A DNA stretch of 64,000 nt from Verrucomicrobiota bacterium (GTDB taxonomy: Bacteria; Verrucomicrobiota; Lentisphaeria; Lentisphaerales; Lentisphaeraceae): NCBI GenBank assembly GCA_039798785.1, contig JBDKFG010000020.1, forward strand, positions 45,362 to 109,361. Direction: 5' to 3'. A program made the translations under genes and the position numbers. Within the stretch, counting starts at the first letter, position 1. Each line of letters opens with the position of its first letter. Positions 36,201 through 45,200 of this stretch are shown piece after piece. The notes under the pieces are model-generated. The model worked only from the letters and a program-made list of their open reading frames with translations. It did not search any database and was not told the DNA's origin.

Positions 36201-39200
36201 CTTCGCGGTCACCGCACAAGGGAGCAAGGGCACGGCTTCGATCAACTCCAGCGGCGCCTACACCTACACCCCCTCCGGCAGCGCCGGACTCGACAGCTTC
36301 ACCGTCAGCATCAACGACGGCCACGGCGGCCTGATCACTCAGGTCGTCAGCATCACCAACATCGCGGTCAACCAGGTGCCGACGATCGGCGGCAACACCA
36401 GCGGCTCGGGTTCGGAGGACGCCTCTTCGATCAACGGCACGCTCAGCATCGTCGACCCCGATGACGGCCAGTCGAGCTTCCAGGCCGCCACGCTCAGCGG
36501 CAGCCTCGGCAGCTTCGTCCTCAGCAGCAACGGCGCCTGGGCCTTCACGCCCGGCAGTGGCGCACAAGCCCTGCTCGCCGGCGCCTCCGCCAGCAACAGC
36601 TTCCTCGTCCGCTCCTTCGACAACTCGGCCTCGCAGTCGGTGGTGATCACGGTCAGCGGCGCCAACGACGTCCCGAGCATCGGCGGCGTCAGCGGCGCCA
36701 GCACCGCCGCCAACGGCGGCTCGGTCAGCGGCCAATTGACGATCAGCGACGCTGACACCGGCCAGTCGAGCTTCCAGGCCAAGACCGCCAGCGGCGTCTA
36801 CGGCAGCTTCAGCTCCAACACCAGCGGCGCCTGGACCTTCACCCTCAGCCCGGCCGCCACCGGCGTCCTCGCCGGCAGCTCGGTCACCGAAAGCTTCGTC
36901 GTCAACTCCTTCGACGGCACCGCGCAGAAAACCGTCACCATCGTCATCACCGGCCCCTTCCAGGCCGACATCGACTTCAATATCGACAGCAACAGCAACG
37001 CCCTGCCCGACACGCTGGAGGCCGGCAACGGCTTCCGCATCAGCGGCGATAACGGCTCCGACGGCCTCGGCCACCAGGTCGCCTTCGTCGGCGACGTCAA
37101 CGGCGACGGCTTCGACGACATCCTTGTCGGCGCCTATCAGCTCGACACAGCCGGCGGCGGCAATGCCGGTGGCGCCTACCTGATCTTCGGCAAAGGCAGC
37201 GCCTTCAACGCCGAGCTCAACCTCAACACCGACAGCGGCCTCCTGCCCGGCTCGACCGCCTCCAACGGCATCCCCGACCTGATCGAAAACGGCGCCGGCA
37301 TCCTGATCAGCGGCGACAACAGCAGCGACAACACCGGCAACGCCGTCAACGCCGCCGGCGACTTCAACGGCGACGGCTTCGCCGACTTCCTCGTCGGCGC
37401 CCGCTACAGCGAAGGCAACGGCACCTACGACGTCGGCACCACCTACCTGATCTTCGGCAAGGCCAGCGGCCTGCCCAGCCAGATCAATCTCAATAACGAC
37501 GCCACCGGCAACGGCATCCCCGATTACATCGAAGCCGGCGGCGGCATCCGCTTCGGCGGCATCGACAGCTCCGACCACAGCGGCTGGAGCGTCAACTCCG
37601 CCGGCGATGTCAACAGCGACGGCTTCGACGACCTGCTCATCGGCGCCATCCGGGCCGACAACGTCGACGGCGACGGTGCCGGCGAGGTCTACCTGATCTA
37701 CGGCCGCGCCTCCGGCACCCCGGCCAACTTCGATCTCGGTTTCGATCTCGGCATCACTCCCGGCTCGATCGGCGGCAACGCCATCCCCGACCTCCTCGAA
37801 GGCGGCTTCGGCACGCGCATCCTCGGCCCCGATGCCCAGGAACAGCTCGGCTACTCGGTCTCCGCCGCGGGCGACATCAACGGCGACGGCTACGGCGACT
37901 TCCTCATCGGCGCCGACCTCGCCGACAACGCCACCGGCACGGACGTCGGCCAGGTCTACCTGATCTGGGGCCAGGCGTCCGGACTGCTCGCCAACCTCGA
38001 CCTGAATGTCGACGACGGCGCCCTGACCGCCTCGACCGCCGGCAACGGCATTCCCGACTTCCTCGAAAACGGCGGCGGCATCCGTCTCTCCGGCGAGGAT
38101 CAATACGACCACTTCGGCTCCTCACTCGGCGCCGCGGGAGATGTCAATGGCGACGGCTTCGCCGACTTCGTCATCGGCGCGGCCTACGCCGAGCTCGCCG
38201 GCTTCAGCGACGCCGGTGCCGCCTACATCATCTACGGCCGCGCCTCCGGCCTGCCACTCGACATGGATTTCAGCGTCGACCTCAACGCCAACGACACTCC
38301 CGACCTCCTCGAATCCGGCTTCGGCTTCCGCCTCGTCGGCGACGACAGCAGCGACAACCTCGGCTACTACAGCGCCGTCACTTCCGCCGGCGACGTCAAC
38401 GGCGACGGCATCGACGACCTGATCGTTGCAGCCCCCATTGCGGATGCTCCTTCCCGTGGCAATACCGGCGAGGTCTACATTCTCTTCGGCAAGACCGGCG
38501 GACTTCCCGTCGACATCCGCCTCAGCGTCGACGCCAACAGCAACGACCTGCCTGACTACCTCGAAACCGGCAAAGGCCTGCGCCTGCGCGGCGACGACGC
38601 CAGCGATTACTTCGGCCACAGCGTCAGCGCCGCCGGCGACATCAACGGCGACGGCTTTGCCGATCTGCTCATCGGCGTCATCTACGGCGACCCCTCCGGC
38701 GGCGGCGATGCTGGTGAGGCCATCGTCCTCTACGGCCGCGACTTCTCGCAAGGCAGCGCCAATGTCACCCTCGGCTCTAGCCAGAGCGGCAGCGGCGTCG
38801 CCGATCACTTCCTCGGCAGCTCCGGCAACGATGTCTTCACCAATCTCGGCAGCGGCGATTCCGCCAGCTCCGGCGCCGGTGATGACTCGATCGCGATCAG
38901 CGCCGCCGCCTTCCTCCGCCTCGACGGCGGCACCGGACGCGACACCCTGATCCTCTCCGGCGGCATCAATCTCGACCTGCGCAGCAACGCCATGCGCCTG
39001 CAGGATTTCGAGACCATCGACCTCTCCGGCAGTGGCAACGACTCCCTCACCCTCGATCGCACCGCTGTCCTCGGCCTGCCCGGCTCGATCAACCACAGCT
39101 CGCTCGCCACCGCTCTGCGCGTCAAAGGCGCCGCCAACGACAGCCTCATCCTCAGCGGCGACTTCGTCGCCAAGGGCCTGAGCACTCTCGACGGCGTCAT

Positions 39201-42200
39201 TTACCGCCAATACGAAAGCAGCTCGCGCCCCGATGCCGATGTCATGGTCCAGCAAGGCGTCACCGTCACTCTTGACGCCAACGACGTCGCGGTGATCAGC
39301 GGCAGCAAGACCGGCACGGTCAACGAAGACGCGTCCAGCGTCGGCGGCAGCCTGTCGATCACCGATGCCGATGCCGGTCAAGGCAGCTTCCTGGCCGACA
39401 CCATTGCCGCCACTTACGGCAGCTTCAGCATCGCCGCCAACGGCGTCTGGAGCTTCACTCCCAACGCCTTCGCCCAGACCCTGGTCGACGGTGGCACGGC
39501 CGTCGAAAACTTCATCGTCCGCTCCTTCGACCGCAGCGCTTCGGAAGTGGTTTCCATCACCGTCACCGGCAGCAACGACCCGACCCTGATCAGCGGCACC
39601 AACAGCAATAGCATCACCCTCGACGGTCGCGTCTCGCTTGCCGGCAAGCTCAGCGCCAGCGACCTCGACGCCTCGCCCGATCAGGCCACTTTCCAGGCTC
39701 AGACTCTCGCCGGCACCTACGGCAGCTTCAGCGTCAACAAGGACGGCGGCTGGTCTTACGCCCCGGATTACTTCGACGCCGACACCCGCCTCCTCCTCAG
39801 CGGCACCGCCACCGAGAGCTTCCTGGTCCGCAGCTTCGACGGCTCGGCTTCGATCACCATGAGCTTCACGCTCAACGGTGCGACTCGCCTGCCGCTCAGC
39901 GACCTCGATCTCGCCGCCAACGCCAACAGCAGCACTCTGCCCGACTTGATCGAGGCGGGCTACGGCTTCCGCATCGACGGTGACAACGCCAACGATCAGC
40001 TCGGCCACAACGTCGCCATTCTCGGCGATGTCAACGGCGACGGCTTTGACGACATCCTCGTCGGCGCCCTTCTCCACGATCTGCCGGGCGCCAACGACGC
40101 CGGCGCCGCCTATCTGATCTTCGGTCGGGCTTCCGGATTTGCCCAGGATTACGACTTCAACCAGGGCCTGCCCGACGGCAGTGTCAAGATCAGTGGTGGC
40201 AGCGCCAGCGACCAGCTCGGCAACTCGGTCAATCCCGCCGGCGATTTCAATGGCGACGGCCTCGTCGACTTCCTCATCGGCGCCCGTTATGACGACGGCA
40301 ACGGCGGCTACGATATCGGCAGCACCTACTTGATTTTCGGCAGCAGAAGCCCCTTCGCCTCCCAGATCGATCTCAGTCTCGACGCCAACGGCAACGGCTT
40401 GGCCGACTTCATCGAGCAGGGCCGCGGCATTCGCTTCTCCGGCAATGACAGCTCCGATCACTCCGGCTTCAACGTCAACTCGGCCGGCGATGTCAACGGC
40501 GACGGCCTCGACGATATTCTGATCGGCGCCATCCGGGCCGACAATGCCGACGGCGACGGTGCCGGCGAAGCCTACCTGATCTACGGCCGCGCCTCCGGCC
40601 TGCCCGTCAACTTCGACTTCAGCCTCGACGCGGGTTCCTATCTCGGCTCGGTTGCCGGCAATGAAGTGCCCGACCTTCTCGAAAACGGCTTCGGCTCCCT
40701 GATTCTCGGTCCCGACGCCCAGGAACAGCTCGGTTATGCGGTCTCCGCAGCCGGCGATGTCAACGGCGACGGCTTCGGCGACTTCCTCATCAGCGCCGAC
40801 CTCGCCGACAACGCCACCGGCACCGATACCGGCATGGTCTACCTCATCTGGGGCAAAAACGGCCAGCTCCCCGCCAACATCGACCTCAGTGTCGACAGCG
40901 GCGCCCTCACCGGCTCCACCGCCGGCAACGGCGTCCCCGACTTCCTCGAAAACGGCGGCGGCATCCTCTTCTCCGGTGAAGACGCCAACGACCACCTCGG
41001 CTCCTCGGTCTCGGCCGCCGGCGACCTCAACGGCGACGGCTTCGACGACTTCGTCCTCGGCGCGGCTTATGCCGACAACCTCGCCATGTATGATGCCGGC
41101 GCCGTCTACGTCATCTACGGCCGCGCCTCCGGCCTGCCGGTCAAATTCAATCTCAGTGTCGATGCCGGCAACAATGATGTCCCCGACTTCCTCGAGGCCG
41201 GCTTCGGCTTCCGCATCAGCGGCGCCTATTACTCCGACGCCCTCGGCTACTACAGCGGCGTCACAGCCGCAGGCGATGTCAACGGCGACGGCTTCGAGGA
41301 CATCCTCGTCTCCGCCTACATCGCCGAATCTCCCGGCCGCTCCGACAGCGGCGAAGCCTACCTGCTCTTCGGCAAGGCCGGCGGCTTCACCACCGACCTC
41401 AAGCTCAATGTCGACTCCAACTCCAATGACATTCCCGACGCCCTTGAAGGCGGTCAGGGCCTGCGGATCCGCGGTCCCAGCAACTATGACTACTTCGGCC
41501 ACAGCGTCAGCGGCGGCGGCGATATCAACGGCGACGGCTTCGACGATCTGATCGTCGGCGCACTCTATGCCGACACCCCGGCCGGCAACGAGGCTGGTGA
41601 AGCTTTCGTCATCTACGGCCGCGATTTCACTCAGGGCGGTGCCAGCGTCAAGCTTGGTTCCAGCCTGGCGGGCAGCGCCAGTGTCGATCACCTCATCGGC
41701 AGCAGCGGCAACGATGTCTTCACCAACCTCGGCAGCGGCGATTCCGCCAGCTCCGGCGCCGGCGATGACAGCCTGACCCTTGCCTCCAATGCCTTCCTCC
41801 GCGTCGATGGCGGCAGCGGTCGCGACACCCTCGCCCTCGGCAGCGGCATCAGCCTCGACCTGAGCTCGAACCTGAGCCGCATCCAGGGCTTCGAAATCAT
41901 CGATCTCGCCGCCTCCACCTTCAGCGAATCGCTCCTCCTCGACCGCGCCGCCATCCTCGCCCTTCCCGACAGCCGCGATCAAAACGACCTTGGCAGCGCC
42001 CTGCGCGTCCTCGGCACCAGCAGCGACAACCTCACCCTCGCCGGTGACTTCGTCGATCGCGGCCTCGTCGTCTTGGGCAGCACCAGCTTCCGCCACTTTG
42101 AAAGCTCCTCCACCCCCGGCGCCGATGTCCTGGTGCAACAAGGCCTCACCGTCACCAACGACAGCAACGACCTGCCGGTTTTCGGCGGCGTCGGCAGCGG

Positions 42201-45200
42201 CACGGTCAACGAAGACGACGCCAGCCTCAGCCGGGCCCTGACCATCAGCGACGCCGATGCCGGCGAAGCCAGCTTCCTGCCCGACAGCATCGCCGCAGTC
42301 TACGGCACCTTCGCCATCGCCGCCAACGGCACCTGGACCTTCACTCCCAATGCCTTCGCCCAGTCGCTCAACGACGGCCAGACGGTCACCGAAAACTTCT
42401 TCGTCACCTCCTTCGACCGCAGCGGATCCTTGACCGTCACCGTCACCGTCAACGGCAGCAATGACCCGACCGTGATCAGCGGCGCGACCAGTTACAGCCT
42501 CAGCCTCGACGGACGCATCGGCCTCGCCGGCAATCTCACCGCCACCGATGCCGACGCCGACGCCACCCAGGCCGCCTTCACCGCCCGCAGCCTGACCGGC
42601 ACCTACGGCAGCTTCTCCGTCGATGCCAACGGCTCCTGGTTCTACAGTCCCGATTACCAGGATCCCGACACTCAGGCCCTCGGCAACGGCGTCAGCGCCG
42701 TCGACAGCTTCCTCGTCCTCGCCAAAGACGGGGCCTCCTCGTTAAGCGTGAGCTTCACCGTCACCGGCGCCGCCAAGCTGCCCTTGACCTTGCTCGATTT
42801 CAGTGTCAACGCCAATAGCAACAGCCTGCCCGACCTGGTCGAGGCCGGCTACGGCTTCCGCCTCGCCGGTGACAACGCCAACGACAGCTTCGGCCACAAC
42901 GTCGCCCTCCTCGGCGATGTCAACGGCGATGGCTTCGACGACCTGCTCGTCGGCGCCCCGCTGCATGACCAAGCAGCCAACGACGCCGGCGCCGCCTACC
43001 TGGTCTACGGCAAGAGCTCGGGCTTCGCTCAGGATTACGACTTCAATCAGGGCGTCCCGGCAGGTGCCGTCAAGTTCAGTGGCGACAAGGCCAGCGACCA
43101 GCTCGGCAACAGCCTCAATGCCGCCGGCGACTTCAACGGCGACGGCCTCGCCGACTTCCTCATCGGCGCCCGCTACGACGACGGCAACGGCGGCTACGAC
43201 ATCGGCTCCACCTACCTCGTCTTCGGCAGCCGCAGCAGCCTGCCGAGCCAGATCTCCCTGGCCAGCGACGCCAACGGCAACGGACTGCCTGACTTCATCG
43301 AAAACGGCGGCGGCATCCGCTTCTCCGGCAACGACAGCTATGACTGGTCCGGCTTCAATGTCAACGCCGCCGGCGATGTCAACGGCGACGGCTTCGCGGA
43401 TATCCTCATCGGCGCCATCCGCGCCGACAACGTCGACGGCGACGGTGCCGGCGAAGCCTACCTGATCTACGGCCGCGCCTCCGGCACCCCGGCCAATTTC
43501 GACCTCAATCTCGACTCCGGCGTCCTCATCGGCGCCACCGCCGGCAACGAGGTGCCAGACCTCCTCGAAGCCGGCTACGGCACCCGTTTCCTCGGCCCCG
43601 ATGCCCAGGAACAGCTCGGCTATGCCGTCTCCGCCGCCGGCGATGTCAACGGCGACGGCTTCGGTGACTTCCTCGTCAGCGCCGACCTCGCCGACAACGC
43701 CACCGGCTCCGACACCGGTTTGGTCTACCTCGTCTGGGGTCAGAACGGCAAGCTCCCCGCCAACATCGATCTCGGGGTCGACAGCGGCTCGCTCTCCGGC
43801 TCCACCGCCAGCAACTCCATCCCCGACTTCCTCGAAGCCGGCGGCGGCATCCTGATCTCCGGCGAAGACGCCTCCGACCACCTCGGCTCCTCCGTCTCCG
43901 CCGCCGGCGATGTCAACGGCGACGGCTTCGCCGACTTCATCATCGCCGCCCGCTACGCCGAACGAAGCGGCAGCAGCGACAACGGCGCCGCCTACCTCAT
44001 CTACGGACGCAGCTCGGGACTCCCCGTCCACCTCGACCTCAACCTCGACAACGCCAGCGTCGTCGGCTCCGTCGCCAGCAACGACCTCCCCGATTACCTC
44101 GAAGCCGGCTTCGGCTTCCGCCTCAGCGGTGATGACAACTCCGATCACCTCGGCTACTACAGCGCCCTCAGCGCCGCCGGCGACGTCAACGGCGACGGCT
44201 TCGCCGACCTCCTCATCGCCGCTCCCTACGCCGACTCGCCCTCGCGCTACGACAACGGCGAGGTCTACCTCCTCTTCGGCCAGGCCGCCGCTTTCAACCC
44301 GAACCTCAGCCTCGGCGCCGATGCCAACAGCAACGGCATTCCCGATCTCCTCGACGCCGGCAAAGGCCTGCTCCTCCAAGGGGTCAACAATTACGAACAC
44401 CTCGGCCACAGCGTCAGCGCCGGCTCCGACCTCAACGGCGACGGCTTCGACGACTTGATCATCGGCGCTATCGACGGCGACGGCAGCGGCGGCGCCGACA
44501 CCGGCCTCGCCTACGTCATCTACGGCCGCGACTTCTCCCAGGGCGGCGGCAATGTCACCCTCGCCTCCAGCTTTACCGGCGGCGCAAACCCCGAGCACCT
44601 CGTCGGCAGCAGCGGCGGCGACAACATCACCAACATCGGCAGCGGCGACTCCGTCAGCTCCGGCGCCGGGGATGACTCGATCGCCATCGCCTCCAACGCC
44701 TTCCTCCGCCTCGACGGCGGCAGCGGCCGCGACTCTCTCGCCCTCAGCGCCGGCATCAGTCTCGACCTGAGCACCAAGCTGACTCATGTCGCCGGCTTCG
44801 AAATCATCGATCTCGCCGCCTCCACCCTCAGCGAATCGCTCACCCTGAGCAGCGCCGCCATCCTCGCCCTGCCCGACAGCCGCGATCAAAGCGGCTTGAA
44901 CAGCGCCCTCCGCGTCAAAGGCGGCAGCGGCGACAGCGTCACCCTCGTCGGCGACTTCGTCGACAAAGGCAGCTTCACCTTCGACGGAATCACCTACCGC
45001 CACCTCGAGGACGGCGCCCGCCCCGCCGCCGATGTCCTGATCCAGAACGGTTTGACCCTGGTCATCGATGCCAACGACCCGGCGGTGATCAGTGGCACCA
45101 GCTCCGGCACGGTGTCGGAAAACGGCCCCGTCCTCAACGGCAGCCTCAGCGTCGTCGACCCCGATCCCGGCCAGTCGAGCTTCCTGCCCGACAGCGTCAG